A stretch of 64,000 nt of DNA from an uncultured Actinomycetes bacterium (GTDB lineage: Bacteria > Actinomycetota > UBA4738 > JBBDTT01), in the NCBI GenBank assembly GCA_963742735.1, contig CAVUMN010000004.1, positions 1,056,001-1,120,000 of the forward strand, read 5' to 3'. The notes under the pieces were generated by a model. That model had not been told where the DNA came from and searched no databases. It was given only the letters and a program-made list of their open reading frames with translations. A program made the position numbers and the translations under genes. This document shows, piece after piece, positions 1-9,974 of this stretch (its first letter is position 1; each line of letters starts with the position of its first letter).

Positions 1-1670
1 CGGACCGCGAGATCTGGAACGACGACGACTTCAAGGCCATCGACGAGCTGACCGTGAACCTGACGAAGCTCGAGACCGTCACGGAGGTTCGCTCGGTGAC
101 CCGGCCTACCGCCGGCGAGTTCGACCCGGAGCAGGTCGCCGCGGCCGGGCTCGGCGACCTGGCCTCGTTCCCCGAGCAGCTCGACCGGGGGACGGCCGGG
201 CTGCTCCGCGCCGTCGACGGGCTGAAGCAGATCCGCGGCGGCCTTCGGGAGATCCACGTCCGGCTGCCGGAGTTCACCTCGGGGCTTCAGGAGGCCCTGT
301 CCGGGATCCGCGAGCTCCGGACGGGCGTCGGCCAGATCCGTGCAGGGCTCGACGAGGCCCGCGACGGCGTGTCCCGGCTGGCGTCGGAGGTCGCCGACCC
401 GACCCAGGACAACTTGGAGCGGGCGTGGGAGGACCTCCGGGCCTCGACGATCGCGAAGACCGACCCGGTCTACCAGGACCTGGCCGAGCGGGTGGGGACG
501 GCCCTGGCCCTGGTCTCCGGGCGATGCCCCGACCCGACCGGTGTGGGGCTGCCCCTGCTGACCGTGAACGAGCACCCGTGCACGCCGGGCGAGAAGGTCG
601 AACCCGGCTACGACGGGCTGTCGGCCTCGCTGCGCGAGGTCGCGAGCGGGCTGGGCCGCGCGATCCAGGGGCTGGGGCAGGTAGACGCGGGCCTCGGCGA
701 GCTCGCGGAGGGGTTGTCACAGGCGGAGCCGCAGATCGGGCGGCTGCGCGAGGGCGTGGGCCGGATGCTCGGCGGCCTGGACCTGATCATCCCGGGACTC
801 GGCCGGCTGCACCGCGGCCTGGTCGCCGGCTTCGCCCAGGCCGAGGAGGCCGGGCTGCTCCCGTCCGGCGAGCCGGAGGACTTCGCCCTCACCGCGACGC
901 TCGTCAACGCGTTCCCGAAGCTCAAGGAGCAGCTGAAGTTCTTCGTGGACGACTCCGAGACCGCGACCCGGCTGTTCATCACGCTCGACCGCGAGCCCTA
1001 CGAGACCCGGGCCCTGGACACCACCGACGAGGTCGTGGCGGCGATGAACCTCTCGCTGGCGAAGACCTCGCTCGAGGACGCGCGGGTGACGATGTCGGGC
1101 TCCAGCGCCTTCTTCCACGACGTGCGCGCGATCCAGCAGGGGGACATGCCGATCATCATCGCGGCGGTCATCCTGGGGATCTTCCTGATCCTGGTGGCCC
1201 TGCTGCGCAGCCTCATCGCGCCCGCGTACCTGGTCCTGACGGTCCTGCTGTCGTTCGGGGCGACGATGGGCATCACCACCATCGTGTTCCAGGGGTTCTT
1301 CGGGCACGACGCGCTGGTGTGGTGGCTGCCACCGTTCCTGTTCGTGATGCTCGTGGCTCTGGGAGCCGACTACAACATCTTCCTGACCTCGCGGATCCGC
1401 GAGGAGGCGCAGACGACCGATACCCGCGAGGCCGTGGGGCGGGGCCTGGCCCTGACCGGCCACGTGATCACCTCCGCAGGTTTGATCCTGGCCGGGACCT
1501 TCGCCGCGCTGATGTTCGCGCCGATGAAGGGCCTGGTCCAGATCGGGTTCGCCACGACGGTGGGCATCCTGCTCGACACGTTCGTGGTGCGGAGCCTGAT
1601 GGTGCCCTCGATCGCGGTGCTCCTGGGCCGGTGGAACTGGTGGCCCTCGAAGCGGGCCCAGCGGGCCTGA
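1..1670 (+). CDS. MMPL/RND family transporter (5' truncated by window edge)
   Basis: Frame is open from base 3. Long amphipathic periplasmic segment followed by TM helices with MMPL motifs 'LVALGADYNIFLTSRIREE', 'GHVITSAGLILAGTF' and 'DTFVVRSLMVPS..LLGRWNWWP'. Confidence 0.93.
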   Translation, partial: DREIWNDDDFKAIDELTVNLTKLETVTEVRSVTRPTAGEFDPEQVAAAGLGDLASFPEQLDRGTAGLLRAVDGLKQIRGGLREIHVRLPEFTSGLQEALSGIRELRTGVGQIRAGLDEARDGVSRLASEVADPTQDNLERAWEDLRASTIAKTDPVYQDLAERVGTALALVSGRCPDPTGVGLPLLTVNEHPCTPGEKVEPGYDGLSASLREVASGLGRAIQGLGQVDAGLGELAEGLSQAEPQIGRLREGVGRMLGGLDLIIPGLGRLHRGLVAGFAQAEEAGLLPSGEPEDFALTATLVNAFPKLKEQLKFFVDDSETATRLFITLDREPYETRALDTTDEVVAAMNLSLAKTSLEDARVTMSGSSAFFHDVRAIQQGDMPIIIAAVILGIFLILVALLRSLIAPAYLVLTVLLSFGATMGITTIVFQGFFGHDALVWWLPPFLFVMLVALGADYNIFLTSRIREEAQTTDTREAVGRGLALTGHVITSAGLILAGTFAALMFAPMKGLVQIGFATTVGILLDTFVVRSLMVPSIAVLLGRWNWWPSKRAQRA

Positions 1671-1689
1671 CGGGGTAGCCTCAGCCCCG

Positions 1690-2379
1690 ATGCGACGACT
1701 GGTGATCGGGCTCGTGCTCCTGCTGGCGCTGGGTGCGGCCGCGGACTTCGGGACCCGGGCCTACGCCGAGTCGAGGCTCGCGGCCAACGTTCAGGCCGGG
1801 CTCGGCCTGAAGGAGAAGCCCAGCCTCGAGCTGCGGGGGTTCCCGTTCCTGCTCGCCGTGAGCCGGGGGAAGCTGTCCTCGGCGGGCTTCGAGGCCGACG
1901 GCGTGGTCAACGAGGGACTCCGCGTCGAGCACGTCGAGCTCGACCTGCGCGACGTCACCTTCAACACGTCGGCGATCTTCTCCGAGTCGCCGGCCACGAC
2001 GATCCGGGCCGCGCGCGGCAGCGGCGAGGCCACCGTGACCGCCGAGGACCTCAGCGCGTTCATCGCCGAGCAGGGCTATCCCGGGCGGATCCTGTTCGGC
2101 GTGGGCGAGGCGACCGTCGAGGCGACGTTCGGGACCGGGGTGGACGTCAGGGCCACCGGCCCGCTGCGGATCGACGAGGCGGGGCGCATCGTGTTCGCGC
2201 CGCAGCGACTGGACGCCGGGGGCGTGTCGTTCCCCGCCGCCATGGCGGCGTTCACGTTCGATCTGCCGAGGCCCTTCGAGGGGTTCAGCTACACCGGGAT
2301 CGAGGTAACCGAGGGGAACGCGACGCTGCAGATCTCGATCCGCGACGCCGTGATCCCGATCCAGAAGCGCGGGAGCTGA
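1690..2379 (+). CDS. DUF2993/LmeA-like envelope protein
   Basis: N-terminal signal/TM segment, then 'ADFGTRAYAESRLA' and 'LRGFPFLLAVSRGK', typical of the actinobacterial DUF2993 family. Confidence 0.75.
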   Translation: MRRLVIGLVLLLALGAAADFGTRAYAESRLAANVQAGLGLKEKPSLELRGFPFLLAVSRGKLSSAGFEADGVVNEGLRVEHVELDLRDVTFNTSAIFSESPATTIRAARGSGEATVTAEDLSAFIAEQGYPGRILFGVGEATVEATFGTGVDVRATGPLRIDEAGRIVFAPQRLDAGGVSFPAAMAAFTFDLPRPFEGFSYTGIEVTEGNATLQISIRDAVIPIQKRGS

Positions 2380-2388
2380 GCGGGAGGC

Positions 2389-3135
2389 TCAGCCCTTGTT
2401 GACGACCAGCTCTTCCTTCGCGGTCTCGTTGGTGTGGATGCCGCACTCGACCTTGCCGGCGCCGGCCCAGCGGCCCGCGCGCTCGTCCTCGCCCGGGAAG
2501 ATGATCCGGGTGCAGGGCGCGCAGCCGATCGAGGCGTAGCCCAGGTCGTAGAGGGGCAGGTGCGGCAGGTCGTGCTCCTTCAGGTAGCCGACCACGTCCT
2601 TGCTGGTCCACTTGGCGATCGCGTTGAACTTCACGAGCGTCTTGCCGGGCTCCAGCTCGTACTGGTCCATGATCGGCGCGTTGGCGCGGGTCGGCGCGGA
2701 GTCGCGGCGCATGCCGGTGACCCACCCGTCCAGCTGGCGCAGGCCGCGGTTCAGCGGGATGACCTTGTTGAGCTCGCAGCACATCTTGGGGTCGCGCTCC
2801 CAGAGCTTGTCGCCGTACTCCTTGGCCTGCTCCTCGACGGTGTAGTCGCCGACCAGGTCGATCACGTTCAGCCCCATGCGCTCGGTGAGCTGCTCCTTGA
2901 ACGCGAGGGTCTCGGCGAAGTGAAAGCCGGTCTCCAGGAACAGGATGGGGACGTCCTGGCGAACCTTGACGGCCATGTCCATGACGACCGTGTCCTCGCG
3001 CTGGAAGCTCGAGGCGATCGCCATGTTGTCCAGGCCCGAGTCCTCCAGGGCCCAGCGGATGACTTCCTGCGGGGTCTCGGCCTCGAACCGAGCGTTCATC
3101 TCGGCGACGAGGTCCGGCTCCAATAGCGTCTTCAA
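2389..3135 (-). CDS. cysH: APS/PAPS reductase, [4Fe-4S] (APS-type)
   Basis: 'LETGFHFAET', 'CC' pair (KMCCELNK), 'SIGCAPCT', 'RAGRW' and C-terminal 'ECGIH'. Confidence 0.95.
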   Translation of the reverse strand: MKTLLEPDLVAEMNARFEAETPQEVIRWALEDSGLDNMAIASSFQREDTVVMDMAVKVRQDVPILFLETGFHFAETLAFKEQLTERMGLNVIDLVGDYTVEEQAKEYGDKLWERDPKMCCELNKVIPLNRGLRQLDGWVTGMRRDSAPTRANAPIMDQYELEPGKTLVKFNAIAKWTSKDVVGYLKEHDLPHLPLYDLGYASIGCAPCTRIIFPGEDERAGRWAGAGKVECGIHTNETAKEELVVNKG

Positions 3136-3242
3136 GGGTCAGCTCCTTGGGGTACGGAATCGGCGGGGTGAGCGAACCGAGTATAGCGCCGGAGGGGGCC
3201 GCTAGACTGGCCGGTCCCACACCCTTTTCAAGGAGCAACTCA

Positions 3243-4406
3243 ATGACGGAGGACATCATTCCCGCGCACGGCGGCACGCTCGTCGACCTGGTGCTTCCGC
3301 CGCCCGACGCGGGCGCGGCCGAGCAGGAGGCCGAGAACCACCCCAAGCACGCCCTGACCCAGCGCGACGTGGCCGACCTGGAGATGCTCGCCACCGGCGC
3401 GATGTCTCCGCTGACCGGGTTCATGGATGAGAAGGACTACCGCTCGGTGATCGAGGACATGCGCCTGGCCAACGGCCTGCCCTGGTCCATCCCGATCACG
3501 CTGAACGTGAGCGACGAGGACGTGAAGCGGATCGGCCGCTCGTCCTCGGTGGCCCTGCAGTGGCAGGGGTCGACGCTGGCGATCCTCGACGTGACCGGGG
3601 TCTTCGAGCGCGACCTCGGCGGCGAGACGCAGTCCGTCTACGGCACGACCGACCAGGCGCACCCGGGCGTGGCGGCGGCGACCGAGGCCGGCCCGTTCGC
3701 GCTGGCCGGGAGCCTGCGGGTGCTGGCGCTGCCCTCGCACGAGACTTTCTCGGAGTACCGGATGACCCCGGCGCAGACCCGGGCCGCGTTCGCCGAGCGG
3801 GGGTGGAGGCGGGTGGTCGGGTTCCAGACCCGCAACCCGGTCCACCGCGCCCACGAGTACATCCAGAAGTGCGCGCTGGAGATCACCGACGGCCTGCTGC
3901 TGCACCCCCTGGTCGGCGCGACGAAGTCCGACGACGTCCCGGCGGACGTGCGGATGCGCTGCTACGAGGTCCTGTTCGCCGAGTACTACCCGCGGGACCG
4001 GGCGATGCTCTCGGTGTTCCCCGCGAACATGCGCTACGCGGGGCCGAAAGAGGCCATCTTCCACGCGATCTGCCGGAAGAACTACGGGTGCACCCACTTC
4101 ATCGTGGGCCGCGACCACGCGGGCGTCGGCGACTACTACGGCACCTACGAGGCGCAGGAGATCTTCGAGCGCTTCGAGCCCGGCGAGCTCGGGATCACCA
4201 CGCTGAACTTCGAGCACACCTTCTGGTGCAACCGGTGCGAGGGCATGGCCAGCGCCAAGACGTGCCCCCACGGCGAGAACGACCGGATCAGCCTGTCGGG
4301 GACCAAGGTCCGGGACATGCTGTCGAACGGCGAGATGCCGCCCATCGAGTTCAGCCGCCCCGAGGTCGCGCAGATCCTGATCGACGCGATGTCCGCAAGG
4401 GATTGA
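3243..4406 (+). CDS. sat: Sulfate adenylyltransferase (ATP sulfurylase)
   Basis: 'PAHGGTLV', 'GFQTRNPVHRAHEYI', 'MRYAGPKEA', 'GRDHAGVG'. ATG at 3243 follows an AAGGAG RBS. Confidence 0.96.
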   Translation: MTEDIIPAHGGTLVDLVLPPPDAGAAEQEAENHPKHALTQRDVADLEMLATGAMSPLTGFMDEKDYRSVIEDMRLANGLPWSIPITLNVSDEDVKRIGRSSSVALQWQGSTLAILDVTGVFERDLGGETQSVYGTTDQAHPGVAAATEAGPFALAGSLRVLALPSHETFSEYRMTPAQTRAAFAERGWRRVVGFQTRNPVHRAHEYIQKCALEITDGLLLHPLVGATKSDDVPADVRMRCYEVLFAEYYPRDRAMLSVFPANMRYAGPKEAIFHAICRKNYGCTHFIVGRDHAGVGDYYGTYEAQEIFERFEPGELGITTLNFEHTFWCNRCEGMASAKTCPHGENDRISLSGTKVRDMLSNGEMPPIEFSRPEVAQILIDAMSARD

Positions 4407-4696
4407 CCGGCCCGGAGCCACTGTCCGAGGCGGTGCAGGCTCAGGTCGCGTCGAAGTTCCCAGCCGTCGCTCGGGAGGAAGTCCTGGAGGCGTTGGGGAG
4501 CTACGGGCTCGAGGCCCACGAGCCGGAGGTCGATCGTGTGCGGCTGGCGATCCTGGAGCTGGCTGGAGGCGAGAGCGCAAGCGTTCTCCACCTGGTGCGG
4601 GTTGCGAACGAGGACTTCCGCGATGTCCTCAGCTGGCAGGCCCAGGAGCGAGGCGAAGCGCACAAGCCGACCCCCGAGAAACCCTTGCCATGGTGA
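4403..4696 (+). CDS. Small conserved hypothetical helical protein
   Basis: TTG overlaps the sat stop (TTGA). Protein-like sequence 'EVDRVRLAILELAGG...VRVANEDFRDVLSW'. May continue in another frame to 4776. Confidence 0.6.
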   Translation: MTGPEPLSEAVQAQVASKFPAVAREEVLEALGSYGLEAHEPEVDRVRLAILELAGGESASVLHLVRVANEDFRDVLSWQAQERGEAHKPTPEKPLPW

Positions 4697-4888
4697 AAAC
4701 GCTCTTCGAGGGTGGCGCGCTGACCCGCGAGGACTACGAGGAGGCTGTCGCTCGGATCCGCGGGCACGATGCCTGAGCCGGTCCAGGCAACGCGATCCGG
4801 GCCGGGCCCAGTCTGGAGCCGCGAGTGTCGGCGGGCAGTGCTAGCGTTGCCGGCGGCCGATCCTCCCCCGCGTTGACGCGGAGGTCTC

Positions 4889-5179
4889 ATGGACGTTGCA
4901 GGAGTCGTGCTCAACGCGCTGGCGGTGGCCCTCGTGGGGCTCGCGGCGTGGGGAGCGAAGAGCAAGTTCGAGGGTCTCGAGGCCCGGTTCGACGCAGTTG
5001 ACGGCCGGTTCGACGCGGTTGACGCCAGGTTCGACCGGCTGGATGGGCGTACCGATCGCCTGGAGGGTCGTTTCGACAGCCGGATCGACGTGTTGCAGTC
5101 GTCGGTGGATGCGATGCGGTCGGACATCACCCAGGTTGCACTCGCGGTCGGGGTTCGGCCCCGAGCCGAGAACGGCTAG
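4889..5179 (+). CDS. Small membrane-anchored coiled-coil (heptad repeat) protein
   Basis: GGAGG RBS, N-terminal hydrophobic helix, RFD(A/R)(V/L)D(G/A) heptads. Confidence 0.7.
   Translation: MDVAGVVLNALAVALVGLAAWGAKSKFEGLEARFDAVDGRFDAVDARFDRLDGRTDRLEGRFDSRIDVLQSSVDAMRSDITQVALAVGVRPRAENG
4985..5047 (+). repeat. Three imperfect 21-bp coding tandem repeats
   Basis: cggttcgacgcagttgacggc / cggttcgacgcggttgacgcc / aggttcgaccggctggatggg. Confidence 0.8.
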
Positions 5180-5544
5180 TCCAGGCAGCGAACCCAGACG
5201 GCGACGTTGGGTCCGGGCTGCTCACCCCTCGGGTCCACGGCGATCCACCCGAGTTCGACGATCTGGCTCCGGTCGCCGGAGAAGCAGTCCACCCCCGGAA
5301 GGTCGGGCGTGATCGGGAAGCCACAGCCGCCGCCTCCCTCGGACCCGCAGTCCCACGGCGACTCGCCCTCCGGACGGAGGACGTAGATGGCGTCGACGTC
5401 GCCGTTCACCATCGCGTCACCCGAGATCACGTTGACCGGAAAGGGCCCCCTCCACAGCGCCCGGTCCGCCGCGATCCCGATCAGGACGCCCACCACCAGG
5501 GTCGCGGCCAGGGAGAAGACGAGGGTTCGGCGAGGGCTCACCAT
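5176..5544 (-). CDS. Hypothetical exported/membrane-anchored Cys-containing protein
   Basis: N-terminal TM helix, four Cys, convergent 4-nt overlap with the previous ORF. Confidence 0.55.
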   Translation of the reverse strand: MVSPRRTLVFSLAATLVVGVLIGIAADRALWRGPFPVNVISGDAMVNGDVDAIYVLRPEGESPWDCGSEGGGGCGFPITPDLPGVDCFSGDRSQIVELGWIAVDPRGEQPGPNVAVWVRCLD

Positions 5545-5614
5545 CCGTGACCATCATCACGGCCCCCGCGCCGGGCGGCAAGGAGGTGTGCTCGCCCGGC
5601 CCTAGACTGCCGCC

Positions 5615-8600
5615 GTGGTCTGTCCCAGCTGCGGCCGGGAGAATCCCGAGGGCAACCGCTTCTGCGGGTCGTGCGGCGCGCCGCTCGATGAGGACGCCGG
5701 CGCCCAGGCTCGCAAGACCGTCACGATCCTCTTCATCGACCTCTCCGGGTTCACCTCGATGTCCGAGCGCCTCGACCCGGAGCGGGTCCGCTCCCTGGTC
5801 GGTCGCTACCTGGAGGAGATGAAGGCCGTGGCCGAGAGCCACGGCGGGACCGTCGAGAAGTTCATCGGCGACGCGGTAATGGCCGTGTTCGGCGTGCCGA
5901 CCACGCACGAGGACGACGCCCTCCGCGCGGTGCGGGCCGCCTGGGACATGCTGGCGGCCCTCGAGCGGATGAACGAGAGCGTCCGGACCGAGCACGGGTT
6001 CGAGCTCACGGCGCACGCGGGGATCAACACCGGCGAGGTCATCGTGGGCGACACCTCGGGCGACCGCTTGGTCACCGGGGACGCCGTGAACGTCGCCGCG
6101 CGGCTGCAGTCGGCGGCCGGCGCCGGAGAGATCCTCATCGGAGATTCGACCTACCAGCTCGTTCGCTCGGCCGTGACGGTCGTCCCGGTGCAGGCGCTCG
6201 ACCTCAAGGGCAAGGCCGAGCCGGTGCCCGCCCATCGCCTCACCGGTGTGGATCCGGCGGCCGCGGCGTTCGAGCGCCGGCTGGACCAGCCGCTCGTCGG
6301 CCGGACGGCCGAGCTCCGGGCGGCCCTGAACGCGTTCGGACGCGCCGCGGAGGCCCGCCGGTGCGAGCTGGTGACGATCGTGGGGCCGCCGGGCCTGGGG
6401 AAGTCGAGGCTCACCGCCGAGGTCCTGCGCCGGATCGGGCCGACGGCGCGGATCCTGGTCGGGCGGTGTCTGCCCTACGGCGAGGGGATCACGTTCTGGC
6501 CGGTGGCCGAGGCCATTCGCCAGGCCGCCGGCATCACCGAGGGCGACACGGCCGAGCAGGCGATCGAGAAGATCGAAGGGCTGGTCGCCGGCGACGACGC
6601 GGAGCTCATCCGCAGCCGGATCGCCGCCGCGATCGGCCTGGGCGGGGAGGGCGGCAGTCTCCAGGAGACGTTCTGGGCCGTCCGCCGGCTGCTGGAGTCC
6701 CTGGCCGCCGAGCGACCCGTGGCCTTCGTCGTCGAGGACGTCCACTGGGCCGAGCCCGCGCTGCTCGACCTGCTGGAGTACCTGGTCGAGTTCACGTCGG
6801 GGGCGGCCGTGTTCGTCCTTGCCACCGCCCGGCCGGAGGTCCGCGAGGCCCGTCCGGACTGGGGACGCGCCGGCGAGACCATCACCCTGCAGCCCCTCGA
6901 CCGCGAGGAGAGCGCGGCGCTCGTCGAGAACCTGCTCGGCTCGGCAGGGATCCCCGAGGCCGTCATCGACCAGGTCGCACACAGCGCGGAGGGCAACCCC
7001 CTGTTCGCCGAGGAGCTGCTGCGCAAGCTGCGCGACGACGGGCTCCTGGTCCGGTCGAACGGGGGGTGGACCCTCCAGGGGGACCTGGGAGAGGTCGCCA
7101 TCCCCGGCACGATCTCGGCGCTCCTCGCCGCGCGCATCGACGGCCTCCCCGAGGGCGAACGCTCGACGGTCCAGCGGGGCTCGGTGGTCGGCCGGGTGTT
7201 CTGGTGGCGGGCCGTGGAGGCCCTCGCGCCGGAGCTCGAGCGGACCGACGTCGGCTCGCACCTGCGAACCCTGGTCCGCAAGGAGGTCATACATCCCGAA
7301 CGCGACCCGTCGGCGTTCGTCGGCGAGGACGCCTTCGCGTTCGGGCACATCCTGGTCCGCGACGCGGCGTACGACTCCACGCCGAAGGGCGTGCGGGCCG
7401 ACCTCCACGAGCTGTTCGCCGGCTGGCTCGAGCACGCCGCCGGCGACCGCGTCCAGGAGTACGAGGAGATCGTTGGCTACCACCTGGCCGAGGCCGCCAG
7501 GTACCGGCGCGAGCTCTCGCCGAACGATCCCCGGGCCGCGGCCGTCGCCGAGCGCGCCGGCGTCCGCCTGCTGGCGGCCGGGCGGCGGGCCGAGGCGATG
7601 GGGGACGGCCGGGGAGCCATCAGCCTCCTGGGCCGCGCCGCCGAGCTGTTACCAGAGGACGACCCGCGCCAGATCGGTGCGCTCATCCTGCTGGGAGACG
7701 CTCGATTCGACACCGGCCTGTTCGCGGAGGCCATCGACGCTCTCGACGAGGCGATGGCGCGGGCGCAGCGGATCGGCAACGGCGTGCTCGAGAACGTCGC
7801 CGCCCTGCGCCGCGTGTACGTCACCGCCCACTTCATCGTGGATCCCGACGAGGCGGCCACCTTTCGACGGGCTCGCGAGGCGGCGGCGAACCTGGAGTCC
7901 CTCGGGGACCGGGAGGCGATGGTCGACGGGCGGGCCTACCTTGGGATCCACGAGTTCGTTCGCGGCAACTCCGCCGCCGCCGTGCGCTCGCTTGGAAGCG
8001 CCATCGCGCTGGCCCGCGAGCTGGGCCGACCAATCCACTTCGCCGGCCGGTGGCTAATGGTCGCCGCCGTGCACGGCGTCACGCCGGTCGACGAGGCTCT
8101 GGAGATCCTTCGCGACCTCGAGCCGGACGCGCCTGTCGGCAGTGGCCTGCAGGAGGCGCTCCTACGGAACCGGGCCATGCTGGAGGTCCGGGCCGGGCGG
8201 TTCGACGAGGCGCGGGAGAGCTTCCGGCAGTCCCGGGAGATCGCCACCGAGCTCGGACGGGCGATCGTGCTGGCCGGCGGCGACCGGAACGCCGCGGACC
8301 TCGAGGAGTCCGCCGGGAACCTCGAGGGGGCCGAGCGACTCCTCCGCCGCGGCATCGCGGCGTACGAGTCCATTCACGACTATGCGCACGGGACGAGCCT
8401 GGCATCCCGGCTCGCGAAGCTGCTGGCGTTGGGCGGCGCCCTCGAGGAGGCGCGGCGGTCTGCCGACCTCGGTCGCTCGTGGCTCACACCGGGGGACGTG
8501 GACGGCGAGGCCGAGTGGCTGCTGGCGGAGACCCGCATCGCGCTGGGACACGGTGACCCCAAGGGGGCGCTGGCGCACATCGACCGGGCTGTCGAGATGC

Positions 8601-8806
8601 TGCGCAGCACGGACTACCTGACGATGACCGCGGAGGCCCTGGTCACTCGGGGGGAGGTCCTCGAGGCGATGGGCCGCACCACGGAGGCCGCGGTCAGCGC
8701 GCGCGAGGGCCTGGAGGTCGCCCGCCGCAAGGGCGACGTCCGGTTCGTTCGCGCCGCCGAGGAGGCGCTTGCCCGCCTGGCGCCCGGCGAACCTACCGAC
8801 CGGTAA
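5615..8806 (+). CDS. Zinc ribbon + class III adenylate/guanylate cyclase + AAA/STAND ATPase + TPR protein
   Basis: CPSCG..FCGSCG; 'FIDLSGFT', 'EKFIGDAV', 'GDAVNVAARLQ'; Walker A GPPGLGKS; Walker B 'VVEDVHWA'; 'EGNPLFAEE'; helical repeats. Confidence 0.93.
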   Translation: MVCPSCGRENPEGNRFCGSCGAPLDEDAGAQARKTVTILFIDLSGFTSMSERLDPERVRSLVGRYLEEMKAVAESHGGTVEKFIGDAVMAVFGVPTTHEDDALRAVRAAWDMLAALERMNESVRTEHGFELTAHAGINTGEVIVGDTSGDRLVTGDAVNVAARLQSAAGAGEILIGDSTYQLVRSAVTVVPVQALDLKGKAEPVPAHRLTGVDPAAAAFERRLDQPLVGRTAELRAALNAFGRAAEARRCELVTIVGPPGLGKSRLTAEVLRRIGPTARILVGRCLPYGEGITFWPVAEAIRQAAGITEGDTAEQAIEKIEGLVAGDDAELIRSRIAAAIGLGGEGGSLQETFWAVRRLLESLAAERPVAFVVEDVHWAEPALLDLLEYLVEFTSGAAVFVLATARPEVREARPDWGRAGETITLQPLDREESAALVENLLGSAGIPEAVIDQVAHSAEGNPLFAEELLRKLRDDGLLVRSNGGWTLQGDLGEVAIPGTISALLAARIDGLPEGERSTVQRGSVVGRVFWWRAVEALAPELERTDVGSHLRTLVRKEVIHPERDPSAFVGEDAFAFGHILVRDAAYDSTPKGVRADLHELFAGWLEHAAGDRVQEYEEIVGYHLAEAARYRRELSPNDPRAAAVAERAGVRLLAAGRRAEAMGDGRGAISLLGRAAELLPEDDPRQIGALILLGDARFDTGLFAEAIDALDEAMARAQRIGNGVLENVAALRRVYVTAHFIVDPDEAATFRRAREAAANLESLGDREAMVDGRAYLGIHEFVRGNSAAAVRSLGSAIALARELGRPIHFAGRWLMVAAVHGVTPVDEALEILRDLEPDAPVGSGLQEALLRNRAMLEVRAGRFDEARESFRQSREIATELGRAIVLAGGDRNAADLEESAGNLEGAERLLRRGIAAYESIHDYAHGTSLASRLAKLLALGGALEEARRSADLGRSWLTPGDVDGEAEWLLAETRIALGHGDPKGALAHIDRAVEMLRSTDYLTMTAEALVTRGEVLEAMGRTTEAAVSAREGLEVARRKGDVRFVRAAEEALARLAPGEPTDR

Positions 8807-8820
8807 ACTTCGCCTGACCT

Positions 8821-9972
8821 ATGGCCTACCGGCATCCGCTGTTTACCGACGACCATGACTCGCTGCGGGCCGTCGTCCGCGAGTGGGTGGAGAGCGAGCT
8901 GCAGCCCCATGCCCTGGACTGGGAGGCCGAGGGCTACTTCCCGGACTGGGTCTTCAAGCGGGCCGGCGAGCTCGGCCTGACGGGCGTCCGCTACCCGGTC
9001 GAGGTCGGCGGCCAGGGCGGGGACTGGGGCCACACCATCGTCGTCTCCGAGGAGCTCGCCCGGATCGGCTCGGCCGGCGTCGGGATGGGCCTCGCCGTCC
9101 AGTCGGACATGGCCTCGCCGCCGATCCTGAAGTTCGGGACGCCGGACCAGATCGAGCGCTACCTGAAGCCCACCCTCCGCGGCGAGAAGATCGTGTGCCT
9201 GGGGATCACCGAGCCCAACGCCGGCTCGGACGTCGCGAACATCGAGACCACCGCGGTGCGCGACGGCGACGAGTGGGTGATCAACGGCTCGAAGACGTTC
9301 ATCACGAACGCCGTTCGCGCCGACTACTGCCTGCTCGTCACCCGGACGAACAAGGCCGCGGGCTACGAGGGGTTCTCCCTGTTCCTGGTGGACACCGACC
9401 TCCCCGGGTGGAACGTCCAGCGTCACCTGGACAAGCTCGGCATGCGGTCCAGCGACACCGGCGAGATCTCGATCCAGGACGTCCGCGTCCCGGCCGGCGC
9501 GTTGCTCGGTGAGGAGGGCAAGGGCTTCTACCAGATCATGTGGGAGCTCCAGGGTGAGCGGCTGATCGGCGCCTCCGGCTCGCTGTCGGGCGCGTCCCTG
9601 GTCCTGGACCGGACCATCGAGTACGCCCTGGAGCGCAAGGCGTTCGGGAAGCCGATCGGGACGTTCCAGGTCAACCGGCACGCCGTCGCCGAGATGGCCA
9701 CCGAGATCGAGGCCGCCCGCCAGCTGACCTACGACGTCGCCGTCCGGTGGGAGCGCGGCGAGTACCCGGTCAAGGAGATCTCGATGGTCAAGCTCTACGC
9801 CGCGCTGGTGGTCGGCCGGGTCATGAACCGATGCATGCAGCTGTTCGGCGGGATGGGCTATGCCGAGGAGCACTTCATCGAGCGGGCGTGGCGCGACGCG
9901 CGGCTGATCCGGATCGGCGGCGGGACCGACGAGGTCATGCGCGAGGTCATCTCCAAGGCGATGGGGCTGTAG
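8821..9972 (+). CDS. Acyl-CoA dehydrogenase
   Basis: 'GITEPNAGSDV', 'NGSKTFITN', 'RKAFGKPI', 'FGGMGY', 'IGGGTDEV'. Confidence 0.96.
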   Translation: MAYRHPLFTDDHDSLRAVVREWVESELQPHALDWEAEGYFPDWVFKRAGELGLTGVRYPVEVGGQGGDWGHTIVVSEELARIGSAGVGMGLAVQSDMASPPILKFGTPDQIERYLKPTLRGEKIVCLGITEPNAGSDVANIETTAVRDGDEWVINGSKTFITNAVRADYCLLVTRTNKAAGYEGFSLFLVDTDLPGWNVQRHLDKLGMRSSDTGEISIQDVRVPAGALLGEEGKGFYQIMWELQGERLIGASGSLSGASLVLDRTIEYALERKAFGKPIGTFQVNRHAVAEMATEIEAARQLTYDVAVRWERGEYPVKEISMVKLYAALVVGRVMNRCMQLFGGMGYAEEHFIERAWRDARLIRIGGGTDEVMREVISKAMGL

Positions 9973-9974
9973 CG

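Noticed and set aside
4985-5047. Possible CRISPR-like repeats
   Set aside because: Contiguous in-frame 21-bp units without spacers; they encode a coiled coil; no cas genes.
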